The notes below the pieces were generated by a model that ran no database searches, was not told the origin of the DNA, and saw only the letters and a list, made by a program, of their open reading frames with translations. Both the position numbers and the translations under genes were made by a program. Source: Podarcis pityusensis (taxonomy: Eukaryota). Taken from it: a stretch of DNA of 64,000 nucleotides. Shown piece by piece: positions 26,491 through 40,691 of the stretch. The DNA lies in NCBI GenBank assembly GCA_964106645.2, contig OZ067041.1, one strand, 5' to 3'. Every line of letters begins with the position of its first letter. Position 1 is the stretch's first letter.

Positions 26491-27890
26491 TTTATGAGGT
26501 TTTGATGTTTTATTTTTATTATTTGAGGACTGGAGCTAGGTTGAGTGGACAAATTTGAAATTTAAAAATAAATAATAAACAACAAACATTGTATAAATAC
26601 CTCCAGATGCTGGGTGCAGGACTTTATCTTTGACGGCACATTTCACTCTCTCGGTAAGAAAGACCTGCCAGCTGTGCTGGTGTCTACTTACCAATCTTGC
26701 GGTCTAAACTGGGCTGAAAGTTACCAAACCTGACAGAGCATTGAGTTTAGATTTCAGATAGTTCTGAGAAGGCCAAGGTTTATAAAAACAGAGAAGTGAG
26801 AAGTGAATTACAGCATTCCTGATAGAAGGAGGTTAGGAATAGTTCAGCCTTTCCCAGAAACGCTAGTCCCAATGGGACTTCTATCAACTCTTCTTTGGTC
26901 AGTCTTTGGCCCTACTATTTTTACACTCTAATGCAAAACACTTTACATTTGTTTTAGATTCATAGATTATGTATGTGCCATAGTGGAAAAAGGCTTGAAG
27001 GGGGAGGGGGGGACTCTGATTTGATATTTGCTGCTTAGAACATACATGCAAACATGCAATGTAGAAAAATAATCTTGCTAGAACAGACTCTTCAAGGAAT
27101 TTGGAGGAAATGAAATCTACGTAGTGCATAACATGACAGTGTATTTTTGTCAGCACTCAGGTATTTAGAACTTCAGTGTTATGAAACTTAAACCAGTTAT
27201 GATTCTGTGAGGCTCAAGGAAGTGATAAAAATGGATTTTAAAAAGGAATGTCCAGTCCCCAGGGGAGGTCCCTGCAAGGGATGGATGCTGAACAATAAGC
27301 TGCTGGACACTTTTTTGTTGCATTCTTACTACCAAAAGACTGTGATTTTTTTCATGCCATCCCTAATATAACAAAACAGTCTAAATAATCAAAAGTCAAT
27401 GTTAGCAGTAGCCAAGAAAGGGTAAGAGATTGGAGGGAAAATCAACCTGGGTAGGAAGGAGGAAAAGACAGAGTGAACAGGAATCTTTGTTCCATATTGA
27501 TTTGTTCCATTTTTTCCCCTTCCTAGAAGATACCGCCATGTTATACGAAGTCAACAAAATACATATTGCAGCTTAGGGTGCCCCCTGCCCACCCACCCCA
27601 TTCCACATAAGTCAATGTTGTGTACCGAGAAGGGGAGGGCAAAGTGTAGGGGTGTCGGCACAGTGCAAATGCACCAGCTGAGCAATTCAGATGCTCCTGC
27701 TAGTGCATTTGCACCATACCGACTTTCCAGCTGTCTTACAGCTCTCCCTCCTGGTACGCCACAGCGACTCACCTGCTAGGAAGCTAGCATAGCAACTCTG
27801 CTCCACCCAGCAAACCACTTCTGATCGTTCCTTGGGGCACCTTTGGTTCAGCTAGTTCAGGACTGCCCTAAACTAACTGGCAGCTGCACT

Positions 27891-27972
27891 CCAGGGATCT
27901 CTCCCAGTCCTACTTGGAGAAGCTTGGAATGAACCTTGGACCTTTCACATGCAAAACATGTTCTCTACCACT
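27891..27972 (-). mobile_element. tRNA(Ala)-like SINE head fragment
   Basis: Reverse complement AGTGGTAGAGAACATGTTTTGCATGTGAAAGGTCCAAGGTTCA. Confidence 0.6.
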
Positions 27973-30815
27973 CGTCTTTCTGCAGATCTGCTTAGCTTCA
28001 GCAAAGTCTGAATTTTTAGCTTTCTGAGTGAAAGATTTTATCGGCAGACTAAATGCTGCAGAAACACTCACAAATAATGCTGGCAGGCTCCCATCTCTAT
28101 GCCAGCTCTTCTATACAGTTTCAGGAACTGTCTCTGAGAAGCTACATTTTTGAATTTCTATTATGGATTGCATATATTTGTTACCAAGAGCCTAGCCCAT
28201 CTGCTGCAGAGCATCTGTGTGGACTTTGGAGGCAGGATTGCAACTGTCTCTGGTTAATTGCTTTGCTCCTATGCCTATTGTCGTGCTGTAGAAATTGAGC
28301 AACTTTTTAAAAATAAGTTTTAACAAAGGTAAGGGAACGCAGTGCTGCTCAAAGGAGAAATGCTGGTCCAAGTGGGTAAGCATACTTTTCTCTCTCTCCA
28401 GAGAATAATAGGCTCCTGCTTAGAAACAGGCTGTAGCTCAGCAGTGTTCAAGAGGGTCAGTTGTATATCTGACAACTGACATCTTCCTGCATCAGGAAAA
28501 AATAACCTTTGTAGATGAGGATGAGTCAGAGCAGCAGTGATATAAATGGAATACATACGCTATGTCTACCTACACTTGAAAAACTCGTAAACATCTTCAC
28601 ATTGAGGAATTAACTAGCTCTATTTAGTTTTACAATTAATGATCATAAATGCCATACCGAGCAGAAATTTTACATGTTTTGATTTTGTATATAAATAAAG
28701 CTTAGTATCCAATGTACCAGAACAGATAGGAGAACTCCACCCTGTGACAGATCATAGTTCCTGAAATTTGGGATCAGCACATTAGGCAGAAGGAGCTGCT
28801 GTCAGAAGGGGGAAAACCCCATCTTCCACGGACACACAGAAAATGTAAACCACTGCTCTTTTTTTAGTGACCTTTCAACCATTGTGGTTAGAAATAGACA
28901 TTACCAGTGCCATTTTCAGGGTCCATGAGTTGTATGCCTTTCTTGCAAGACATCGGTATCAATGGGTTTACACCAATACCAGATTTACAATGCTTTTTTT
29001 AAATTTCATCCTTCTCTATGTGTTTCTTTTTAATGTATATATTGCCTACTAATGATTAGTGGGTGATACTGTATATAGCATGGCCACGTTTGCAGTTTAC
29101 AGAGGACAGTCTTCTTGTTCAACAGAGTTTCTTATTTGATAGGGTGTCCAAAAATAAAGAGCCATCAATAGCTAGCACCTGGGCAGCAGACGGAACAGGC
29201 ACATCTGAACCCACTATAATGAAATGTGTTGTATTTCTATTTAAATCATAATAATTATTTCCGAATTTACATATGTACATATAAATAGCATGTATGGTAA
29301 TGTGCTTCTCATTTTTTGGCAATGTTTAAGGGGCCACCCTACTGTTAGGCCTTCATTGCTCAATAAACAGTTAAATGTGCTTAATTTCAGCTTGTTTGTC
29401 CCCTCTGTCACTATCTCTTGTGTTATTCCATTAATAAAACATGAAAACATTAAGCAGATCATCTAAGTGCAGAACAAACATTATAGAGCTGCTAAAACAC
29501 TGCTGAGTTTGGAATTCAGGCCCCATAAATGCTGTTCAGCCCTTCCAATTTTAACTTCACAATTACCATCAGGCATGAATCAGTGTGGTACAATTATAAT
29601 TGGTTTCTGAACTAACAGCTATACTCATATATTGGCCCTTCTCTCAGATTAAGCATCCATTATGAACTATTTCAGAGATAGCACTTCAATTTTTGACTGT
29701 TGTCAATGACTGGGATGTGCAAATAGCAATCATTGCTGAGACATTTATCACACAGTTTTGACAAGCATTACAATTTGATCTCATCCCATGCCATTGGAGC
29801 TGAGGTTTATGCAATGTGTCTCTGTTTTAAGTCTACTATTTCATCCCAGCTGTTCATGATTTAACATTTAAATACTTTGCTCCCACAAATCTAGGATGCC
29901 ATACTAGTGAAGGTCAGTAAGCAGAGTTTACTCTTAGATAGATTACAGTTTGTGACTACAGCTGACATAAAGACTCAGTGTGCCTATTGATGCTTTTAAG
30001 TTTAATGAAAAGCTATGTTGATGTATATACAGTTTCAAAATAATCCTAACAATACTAAATATGTATATAGTGTTTCAATGTGGTTTGCACACTTTAACTC
30101 AACAACCTTTATAATAATTCTGTGATTAGATCAGTATTACTACTCCAAATGGCAGATTGAGGGCTGAGGTCATGAAATAAAATTCAAAGAACGTGTGACA
30201 GAGACAACCATGTTTGTTTATTTACATACATGAGCTGGTCTCATATATATATATTTGCCTTTCATGAAGAGATGTAGCACCACCCTAACTTGCTTTACTC
30301 CATTGTTTCAGGTTCATTTTTGTCTATTCAGCTCACTTTTGGCATTATGCTAGCTTTTTTGTATAAAAAAGTAGACTACCACCAACATCCATCATATCTA
30401 GCTTGACTGTTGCTTAATGCTTTTAAGGAATACTTGACGCATTTAAGAAATACTTGAGATTTCAGTCAGTCCCTTCCTAACAGAGATGTCAGATAAATCC
30501 TCCAAATTAATATTTATGCAAGGTTCATTCTCATATACTGAAGTCTGCTCTGGAATGAACTCTTCTGCCTGTTGAGTTTTCGTGACAAATTAATAACGGA
30601 CTTGGCTCTGCCAAAAAAATTAATAAATGGTTGGGTGTGTTTTTTAAAAAAGTGTTACTTGTGCTGACATCACTGTTTAAAATGACATATCTGGCAATTA
30701 GTTACTGTGGCAACTAACCACCTGTATTTGCACAAATACAGAGAGTGTGGTAGACTAGCTACTTAACAACAGAAACTGGTGTTGAATGTGATTCCTTACA
30801 TAACGAAAGCATAAT

Positions 30816-31277
30816 TTGTTGTTCTTTAGTCATTTCCAACTCTTCATGACCCCATGGACCAGAGCACGCCAGGCACTCCTGTCTTCCACTGCCTCCCGCA
30901 GTTTGGTCAGACTCATGTTTGTAGCTTCGAGAACACTGTCCAACCATCTCGTCCTCTGTCGTCCCCTTCTCCTTGTGCCCTCCATCTTTCCCAACATCAG
31001 GGTCTTTTCTAGGGAGTCTTCTCTTCTCATGAGGTGGCCAAAGTATTGGAGCCTCAGCTTCAGGATCTGTCCTTCCAGTGAGCACTCAGGGCTGATTTCC
31101 TTAAGAATGGATAGGTTTGATCTTCTTGCAGTCCATGGGACTCTCAAGAGTCTCCTCCAGCACCAGAATTCAAAAGCATCAATTCTTCGGCGATCAGCCT
31201 TCTATATGGTCCAGCTCTCACTTCCATACATCACTACTGGGAAAACCATAGCTTTTACTATACGGACCTTTGTTGTC
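30816..31277 (-). mobile_element. BovB (RTE clade) LINE, 5'-truncated 3' end
   Basis: ORF 30830-31147 VPWTARRSNLSILKEISPECSLEGQILKLRLQYFGHLMRREDSLEKTLMLGK is the typical BovB C-terminus; (CAA)n tail; probable TSD ATAATTTGTTGT at 30811-30822 and 31313-31324. Confidence 0.93.
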
Positions 31278-31881
31278 TAAATGTAAGTGTGGTAAACAGC
31301 ACAAAACAACATATAATTTGTTGTAAAAACAACAGGGGAAAAATCTGCTTTAATATGTAGGATGGTACAGTGGGGGTATGTGTGGGACTACAAAGTATGA
31401 ATTCGCACGCCCGATTGCTACTTTACACACCATTACAGCTGTGAGGCCTCCCTTTCTCCTTCCTTCTGTATGCTGAAGGCCAAACATTATTAGTGTAGCT
31501 CATATTGTTATATTATGTATTTCAAGCATTTTACAATGCTTAGGTCAATTACTTTCTCATTGTGAAGTAGATCTTTATTATTACCACTTGACAGGGGAAG
31601 CTTTCAAGCTGAGATAAGCCTCATTCAGGCATTCAGATCTCACATGATGGTCACTGTACGGGGAGAAGAGCAGGCCTGCATTTGCCAGCCCTGGTTCCAC
31701 CACTGACTCTTCTACCCTTCACCCAACGATCCACACCTGGAAGCGTGTACAACAGACTCCCCACATCAGACCTTTTCCCCAAAACGTGGATGAAAGGTGG
31801 CAAGGAGAAGACAGGAGAGCTGGAGCCAATAAGCATGGCCCCCTCCTCACATGATTATTACTGTGGGGGAATTGAATACTA

Positions 31882-32123
31882 CAGTGGTACCTTGGGTTAA
31901 GTACTTAATTCGTTCTGGAGGTCCGTACTTAACCTGAAACTGTTCTTAACCTGAAGCACCACTTTAGCTAATGGGGCCTCCTGCTGCCGCCGCACCGCCG
32001 GAGCACGATTTCTGTTCTCATCCTGAAGCAAAGTTCTTAACGCGAGGTAATATTTCTGGGTTAGCGGAGTCTTTAAACTGAAGCATATGTAACCTGAAGC
32101 GTATGTAACCCGAGGTATCACTG
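31882..32123 (-). mobile_element. Tc1/mariner-superfamily (pogo/Tigger-like) MITE, family A copy 1
   Basis: TIRs CAGTGGTACCTTGGGTT / AACCCGAGGTATCACTG, TA on both sides; opposite orientation to copies 2 and 3. Confidence 0.88.
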
Positions 32124-32217
32124 TATAGTGGTTTGTTGATGTTTGGGGGCGTAACAACATTGTTCTGGGACTTACTAAGAATGAGTGCAATCTAACCCTC
32201 CCCAGTTCACCATACTG

Positions 32218-32246
32218 GTGTGTGTGTGTGTGTGTGTGTCTGTGTG
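32218..32246. repeat. (GT)n microsatellite
   Basis: Read directly. Confidence 0.9.
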
Positions 32247-34809
32247 GATGGGGTGGAGGTTTTCCTCAGTCCAGCCCAGGACGGCTCCGCCAACCTCCGT
32301 TTACAGAATGCAGCAAGCCTCACTCCAGCATGTAGAGCTCCCCTTTCCACCTCCCTGAAGTGCAGCAAGCAGAAGGACCACCTTTGAATGGGGTGCTCCA
32401 GGAGAGGGGCGGAGCCACTCCCGGATCTGCTGGGCTGCTCGCTATACTAGCTCCAGGCTAGGAGCAGGCTCTCACTTACTTCCTGCCCTCCAGAATGGCC
32501 ATTGTAAGCAACATAACTACAGATATGGCTGTTGCTACATCACTTTGTCATGCCCTCCCACTGCTCACTTGGCGCTTGGACCTCAGAGTATCCCTCTGAC
32601 AAACCTTGTGGACAAACCTTGTGGATGAAATCATGTGTAGTCCAGCTCAAGGCTGTAATCCTATGACAGAGTAGCATGACTGGTACAGCCACACTGGGTG
32701 CCCTGCTGCAGGGGGCGCCACAACGTTGTAGAATGGAGCATGAGAGGTGGGGATGCTGAATTTTAGCGCCACACAGGGCACTGCTGGAATTTGAGAGCCC
32801 AAAGTCCACCAGTGCTTATGCTGACTTACTTGTGGGTAACCCCTATTTATTTCCATGGGATTTTTGCTGGTATCTGTCTGTCTTGAGAGACCATGTAAGA
32901 GTGCGCCATTGGGGGTAAAGTCAGTCCATTGGAGAGTTACAGTGCCTGCTATGGCTTTAGAGGCTGATGGGGGAGAGACATGTTTTGCCACAGCTGGGGC
33001 AGATCAAGGTGTCCGATTTCCCTGTTACAGACGCACCATGGCATTTCTTTTTTCGGTGCTCCACAGAATTTACTTCTAAATAAAGATGTATATAGAGAAT
33101 CAGGCTGAAGCATCAAATCAGATACAGATTGTACAAAAGAAAGCTGCTGACACAAAAACAACTAATGATATTAGTTGCCTGTGCCCTTCCCCAGCACAAT
33201 CCCTCCTACATTCAATTATAGACACATTTCTTAAAACTGTAGAATTCAAGTTTATTCCATTTTAAATGAACACAACATTTCTTCTCCCTGCACAGGTGGT
33301 AAAAAATCCTTTACCGAAATGCATAACTGAACTCTGATTTGCGATCACTGATTTACTGTCAATTAAAAGATGGGCACAAATAGCTTCATTGCCCTACACA
33401 CCTACTCACTACTGTTCTCCTGGGAAATTAACACTTTCAGATGTAATAATTTGTGAAACATTATTTTCATTCAAAAGAACTACTAAACACAACGGGTAAA
33501 CAAATAGCATAGTTGGTATGCCATTTAATACTGAGCTTATGCAGTATTTTATTTCTGCATTATATGGTCAGATGCAGATGATGACTGTGTTTCCCCTGCC
33601 TGCACTCAAAATAAAACACTCCTAGCCAGAGTCTAAGCAAGTCTGAATGTAAGCAAGTCTCAATGAGTTTAATGAGACTTACCGGTAGATCAGAAATAGA
33701 TTATACCATTGCCACGTGATCATCCAACGCAGGAATATTATATTATTTTATTTTTGTAAAGAAATAGCCACAGGCTCCTCGAGAATGGGAATGTGGAACA
33801 TGGGGAAATGGGTGCTGATTTTTTCACTCATGTTGTTTTACCACTGAAGATCAGTTTCACCAAAGCTGTTATTTTGCCCTGTTGGTTCCATTGGATGAAA
33901 TTCCGAGTCTTATTTTTGTGCAAGCATGCTTAGCAGTGTAGTCATTCAATTGCTGTTTAATAAAACAGTTGAAATTAATGCTGTAATGAAGAAGTTCCTG
34001 ACTTGGCATTTCAAGAGGGCTGTCAGCCAATATATTTCCTAGCTGTATACTTGGTGAAGCATGAAACAGGAGAAGATTAAGAAAGCGATGTGGTCCTGCA
34101 TTTGACACCCTGACTCAGAACTCCCCTTATGCACAAAAGACAACTTTTAATTCTGACGTAAACAGTCTTCTGCACTTGTAGGCTACAACAGGATACATAT
34201 TTTTCAGTAATTTCTACATAGAAAATTGCATAAATACCAAGATTGCCATGTGTGACAAACAGTATACTTTTCCTGACTTGAGTGGACTTTTGCACGATAA
34301 GCTGATTACATTAATTATCCCTGTGTGATTTATCCATCTCACAATCAGCTGCAGGAGAAAAATTCATATACTTGATCATCAGATTTGTCCCTGTGGCAAA
34401 CTGTTTGGGGCAGTACCATACATAACCAATTCATCAGGCAAAATTTCTCATTTTACAGACAGCTAAGATGCAGTTGCTTCCCTATTTAAATGTTTATTAG
34501 ACACCTTAACCAAAAGCTGTTACCCAGAGGAATTTACAAGGTCTAGTTCAGCTCTGGTGTGTCTTGGTTTATAATCCTGATCTCTTGTCCTGACTCTTGG
34601 CTTGTTATTCTGCCCTGCTTTCTAGTTTGCGCTTCCAACCTGATTACCTTCCAGTACTGGCTGACAGTTCCTGGCTTCTGACACAACCCTGATACCGTAA
34701 AACTTTAAGGACTCCTTCAAATTCCCTCACTGTTTTAACACTGAATTCTATGATTTGGGCCATGATGACATGCATGATTATTATTATTGGCTTCATTGCT
34801 TTCTGATCT

Positions 34810-37085
34810 GTGGCTGAATGCCAGGTCAGATCAAAGTAAGACTTCACTCATGATCTGATTGTGAATGAGGAGGCCAATCTGGCCTGCATCTCTGAGACTT
34901 GGGTGGGTGAGTAGGTTGGGGTTGGTTTCACCCAGCTGTGCCCATCTGGGTACTCAGTGCAGCATTGGGACATACTTGAGGCTCAGGCAGGAGGGGCTGT
35001 TGTGGTCTACAGAAATTATTTCTCTCTCCAGGCTCTCTGTCCAGTTGGGGGGTGATCTAGGGTGTGTGTTCCTGGCACTTGACAATCGGGACAGATTATG
35101 GATTCTATGGAGTTTACCACTCACCTCACTGCCCAGCAGTCTCCCTGCCTGAGCTGACAGAGCTGGACTCAGAGGCGATGTTGAAGATTCCCAGACTGAT
35201 GATTTTGGGGAACTTCAACATCCATGAAAGAGGCTCTGGGGTAGTTCAGGACTTCATGGCTGCCATGATGACCATGAGCTGTCCTAACATGTCATCAACC
35301 CAACGCATGTGGCAGGCCACACTCTGGACCTTGTTTTCTTAACTCAGTAGGAACAGAGTGATCTGAATGTAGGGGATATTGATATCAGTCCGCTGTCATG
35401 GTCACAACATTTCTTGTTGAGCTTTAGGTTTAACCCCTTTTTTCCCTCTGTAGATGTCGGGGACCTGTTAAGATGGTCCTCCTTCAGAGGCTGATGCATC
35501 AAACGGGTTTCCAGATGGCTCTGGGGGATTTTCCGGCTCATATGACTGACACTCCCTTTGAAGCCCTGGCCCGCTTAATAGAGCCTGCTTGGATCCCTGG
35601 TATATTCTAGAGCTTAGGATGACGAAACAAGGTGGGAGACAGCTTGGATGCGAGTGGAGAAGAACTCAATTCAAATGCAATCAAACACTGGTGAGGGCTC
35701 ATCATCAAGCCTACCTAGTGGCAGTGAAGGCAGCAAAAGTCATACTTCGCTGCCTCCATTGCATTGTCATTGTGCCATCCAGCAGAGCTTTTCCAAATAG
35801 TGTGCTGGCTTCTATAGTTTGATCCAATGGATATGATAAAACCAACAGTAGCTCGCTGTCATTTGTTTGTAAAACATATTGAGGATAAAATTAATTGCAT
35901 GCACTGGAACCTTGACTCCACTGTTACACCAGGTGAATCTTGGGAGTTTTAGTTAGTAAGTTTCAAAGAGGTGAATAAGGTGCTTGGGTCAGTAAGGGCC
36001 ATCACTTGTGACCTGGACCCTTGCTCGTCTTAGCTGATAAAAATAAGCAGGGAAGGTACAGCTTGCTGGGTCAGGGAGGTGATGAATGCCTCCTTGTGAA
36101 AGGGGCTGGTCCCTGGGTGTTTGAAGGAGGGAATGGTAAAACCGCTCTTCAAGAGGCCCTCCCTGGATTCAGTAAATCTAAATAATTACAAGCCAGTTGC
36201 CAAGCTCTCCTTTTTGGGCAAGTTTCTTGAGTGAGTGACCAGAACCAGGCACTCTTGGAGAAAACTGATTTTCTAGATTCATTTCAATCAGCCTTTAGGC
36301 CCAGTTTCAGCACAGAAACTGCTTTGGTGGCCCTGTATGATGACCTCTGTTGGAAGACAGACAGGGGAAATGTGCCCCCGTTAATTCTCCTCAACTTCTC
36401 AGTGGCTTTCAATACCATCAACCATGGTATCCTTATGGAGTGACTGTCCTGAGTTGGGCAGTACTGATTTGCGGTGATTCTGGTCCTACTTGGATGGTCA
36501 TTTATAGAGGGTGATGCTTAGGGAGTGCTCTTTGGCACAGTGGAGCCTTCATTGTGGGGTTCCTTGGGGTGTGATTTTATCCCCATGCTGTTAACATTTA
36601 ACATCTACATGAAACTGTTAAATGGAGTCATCTGGAGTTTGGGAGTTTGGTTCCCAGCAATTTGCTGATAACACACAGCTCTACTTCTCCTCTACATCTG
36701 CAGGTGTGGCAGTGGATGTGCTGGACCAATGCTTGTCTCAGTAATGGACTGGCTGAGAGCCAACAAACTAAAGCTCAAATCCAGATAAGACTGAGTCACT
36801 GTTAGTGGGCAGCTCCCTAAACCAGATGGATAGGTTGCCTGCTCTTGATGGAGTTACACTCTTTCTGGCACCTTCATCACGTATCTTTAGGCTCCAGGCA
36901 AAAACATTCCTCTTTTCCCAGGCCTTTGGATAATTAAAGAATTCAAGGCCTTTTAAACTGCATGTTGGGTTACTGTTTTTGTTTGTTACTTTGGTATGTA
37001 TTTTTGTGTTCTTGTAAACTGCCCTGTGATCCTTGAAGGAAGAGTGGTATAGAAATGCAAATAATAATAATAAAAATAAAATTAA
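34810..37085 (+). mobile_element. Degenerate L2 LINE (endonuclease and RT remnants, internal deletion, 3' tail)
   Basis: Broken frames give ANLACISETW, LGNFNIH, FQSAFRPSFSTETALVALYDDL and QFADNTQLY; L2-type 3' end with (AAT)n tail. Confidence 0.88.
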
Positions 37086-38529
37086 AATGTATTAATGTGT
37101 TAATGATATCTGAGTGTGAAAAACTCCTTTTGAGGGGGCCATTAATACCTTTCATGTGGTTCTCACTGTAGTTCACTTAATCTGCAACATTCTCTATGCC
37201 AAATTCACTGACTGAGAGAGAGGATAGACAAAGGCTACAACCACATGCACACTTATCTAGGAGTAAGTCTTGCTGAACTCAAGCAGGACTGCTTCTGAGT
37301 AAATACACATAGGATTGTATATGGAACTACCATTGAAAACAGTCAGGGAACTCCCATTAGTCCAAGACAGAGCTAACTGCACTACAGTATATTACATTAG
37401 CTTTGTTTCAGGTGAGCTGGATTCCAATCCAGATTCAAAATGCTGCTTTTAATCTTTAAAGCCTACACTTTAACAAACACCATCCCATTCCCCAATGCCA
37501 TTGTCAGAGGCTTTCTCTGGGTGCCTTAGCTGGGATAAGTGTGACAACGGACAGTATCCTGATGGTAGAACATCCTTCCTGAAAAGGCTCACATGCTATG
37601 AATACTTTGTATTCTTTCTGGCAGTAGGGGAAGACATTAATTCTCTCCGCTTTTTAAAGGTTTTCCAAAGGTTTTATAGGATTTCAGAAATCTGGTAATT
37701 AAGATCTGTCTGTGCTGTGCGAGGTCTGTCTGTGCTCTGTGAGCATAATCACTGTTGGGATTGAGTTCTCAGTTGTCCGATGCTCTTTATGTTATGTATT
37801 TTTATGGTTTAAATTGTTTATAATATTTTAAATATTTTTGGAAGATGACAAGATAACCTTTGGTTATGGGGCAGCACAGAAATATTAATTAAAAAAAACA
37901 AATCAGTTGGCGCAAGTAATACGTGTTTATTGATTTCATTAGGTGTGCCCTGAGCAGAACTTCACTGAATATCATGCATAGTTTCTTTTTATCCTGCTTT
38001 TTGGTCCAAAGTGATGCACAGTACAATGTATTTAAAATGATTAAACCCATCAAACCATAAAGCCAAACCACTGATCAAAATTCAGCAGTGTAATAGCAGC
38101 AAAAACCACAGTACGAGGAGGCAAAAATAACAGCCTCAGTGTCACAAGAGACACTACAGAAAACCATAGCTTTGACTGACTGTCAAAAAGAAAATAGGAA
38201 GTGACACAAATGTACCTCCCATGGAGATGAATTCAAGAGCCTGGGTGCCAATGTGGTGAAGGCCCTGCCCCACCTATTCATGAGATTAATCTCAGAAACA
38301 GGATATGAAGCAGAAGCCCTCTCAGGAAGAAGGTGGAATCATATGGAAGCTAGTAATCCTTCTAGTACCCAGACCGTTAGAGCTTTCTGGTATGAGCAAA
38401 GTTTCCAAACCTTTCCCAGTCCCAGTGGGCTACTGCACCTCCACAACTTCCTGGAGTGTCTTCACCTGGCTAGAAGAATCCTTGTATTCTTCCCGCATTG
38501 TTTCTTGCTAGCCTGGAGGTCAGAAAGGG

Positions 38530-39900
38530 GCGCGGGAGTCCGCAGCAGCCAACCGGCCCCACCAAGGTAAAACTTGCAGGGATGACTCGGCCTGCTTTAG
38601 CCGCGCGCCCCGCCAGCCGCCGGTATGTGCTCTTCCCCGACCCTTGTTCCGAAAGGAAGGCCGCCGTGGAGCTAAAAGGGATCCCCAGAGGCTTTGCAAG
38701 CTGGACGGCCGCCGCAGGATAAGGGCGGGAAGAGGAGAAGTTCCTGCTTCCCGTTCAGTCGCCTTTCCCCGGTAGCGGCGGCAGCTGGGCGGCGTCTTCC
38801 CTTCCTCGCTTGCCCTCTCGCAGCCCGGGCTGCAGCCCTGCGCGCCCGCGCTTAGCCGGGACTAACTCGGCCAGACTTACTTCCGAGTAGGGAGCGCGCA
38901 GGGCTGCGCCGCCGAGGAGGGAGGCGCGGCGGGGAAGGGGAGGAGCCCAAGCACATTCCTGGGCTGGGCATGTTTGGTTGAGGCGGCGGCGGCGGCGCGT
39001 ACACTCCTAGCAAGCGGCAGGCGCACCGCCGGGCCTGAGCGCGCCCCGCTCCTTTCCAGGGCTGCCACTTGCCTGGGCAGGCGCGTCGCGTCACGGCTGC
39101 GTGGATCCCGAGCCGCGGCCTCCCCACGCCGCGCTCCTCTCCCTCGTCTCCCTCCTCCTCCTCCCACGGCCCGTCCACTCCGGCCCGGCCTTGCCGTTGC
39201 TCCCTCCCCACCCTCGGCTAGCGCCGTCTCCTGCTGCTGCTGCTGCTGCACCTCCTCAGGCCGGCGGGGAGGGAAGCCGGAGTTGGGCCGGGGCCATGAC
39301 CGTGGAGCAGAATGTGCTGCAGCAGAGCAACGCGCAGAAGGTGAGGGGCGACCTGGCCCGCGGGATGGGGGAGAGCTACCCTGTGTTCAGGCCCAGGCAG
39401 GAAGCCCTTGGGCAGGCTGCTGGGCTACGCGAGGGCCTGGCTTTTGGGAGCCGAGGCGGGTGGGCGCCTTCCCTCCCGGGTTCCCTCCGTGACCTTTGCG
39501 TCTAGCGAGGGAGAGGCTAGAGCCGGTTGGGCGGCTCCTCCCGGCCTGGGGAAGGGGATCGTGGGGGGGGGGGGGGGTCCGCTGAGCTCCTGGAAGCGGC
39601 TCTGCCTTTCTGTCAGTATTACTTCTCCACCCCGTCCGCGCTTTGAGTTCCTGGAAGCGTGTTCCTCCTCTCGCATTTGCCCTGCTTTCCCCTCCTTACC
39701 TTGCCAGAGAAGTGCCCACGGGGGTTGGTATATTACGGGGACGGAGGAGGAGCCCGGCGTTTCGATCCGCAACTCGCCCTTCCTTCCCTGCCCCCCCTCC
39801 TCTCAGAAAAGTGCCACTTTATTTTTAAATAGAGGGATTGACGTTTTCATCCTCCCCCGATTCTGGCGCCCTGAGACGCATCTCGGTTCTGATCATGCCA
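38530..39900 (+). promoter_or_regulatory. CpG island / USP25 promoter and 5' UTR
   Basis: Abrupt GC- and CpG-rich segment in an AT-rich background, spanning the start codon; GC box GGGCGG near 38723; ETS-like ACTTCCG near 38879; (GGC)n ~38982-38997 and (CTG)n ~39231-39248. The TSS cannot be determined from sequence. Confidence 0.88.
39296..39340 (+). CDS. USP25: USP25 (ubiquitin carboxyl-terminal hydrolase 25) coding exon 1, MTVEQNVLQQSNAQK
   Basis: ATG in GGGGCCATG context inside a CpG island; peptide matches the vertebrate USP25 N-terminus (human MTVEQNVLQQSAAQK); donor GTGAGG at 39341; phase 0. Confidence 0.96.
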
Positions 39901-40691
39901 GCTCTTCCAACCGGTTCTGTAATACAGTACATACTCAGAGGTGTAGGAAGCAGGCTGGTTTCCTGCTTCAACTATGTTTCATGCACTTAATGTAAAGCTT
40001 TGAAATGAGTCTGTAAATGTGTATCCCGTGAGGAGTGGTGAAGAATGCTACTGCTTCTGTTTTTGCCCTGAGCCAGGAAATCTGGTTGTTAGCTAAAAGT
40101 ATAGTGTGGTTGGTAGTGTGAATGCTTTACTTGAATTTTGTAGATTATATTGAAGGTGTTTTGTTAACTATTAATAACAGTGGCCTATGTTAGTAGCTTC
40201 TGAGTTGTATATATGTTTCTTTTGAGGTTATGTATTTCCTTTAGAGATTTGGCTTGCTATTTCATGAGATATAGGACCCAAATGATCTAATTCTGGAGAA
40301 GGTTCATGGTACTTTGTCCAAAGGAAAGTTGTCCTTTCTATAACACTTTGAACCTTTCGATATAAATAGAGTAAGACTGGTATCCTTGAATTTATGTGAA
40401 GTACATAATCTGTTGCAATGTGTAAATAATCCTACTCCAAAGAAGGCTGTTATACATGGCCTTCATCTGCTCTTTTTTACTTTCGTTTTTGTCTTTCCAA
40501 AATCCTTGTGTGGTAGGTTAACTGAGAGATATTGCCTCATCCAAGGTTATCCAATGAGCTTCAAGGCTTAGCAAAGATTTGAAACCCTGGTCTAAGCCTA
40601 ATATTCTCTCAGATAATTTGAAACCATTCACATTTTTGAACAAGTCTTTTTTATAGACTTGTTTCAAGCACAGATGCCTATAAGTTAAATA

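Noticed and set aside
290-38500. Many 60-165 aa ORFs in the upstream region
   Set aside because: No recognisable domains or coherent exon chain; those with recognisable motifs are LINE fragments, and several cross repeat boundaries or microsatellites.
38852-39995. Long overlapping ORFs (115-195 aa) on both strands
   Set aside because: Low-complexity Pro/Arg/Gly/Ala products expected from stop-poor CpG-island DNA; only 39296-39340 matches a known protein.
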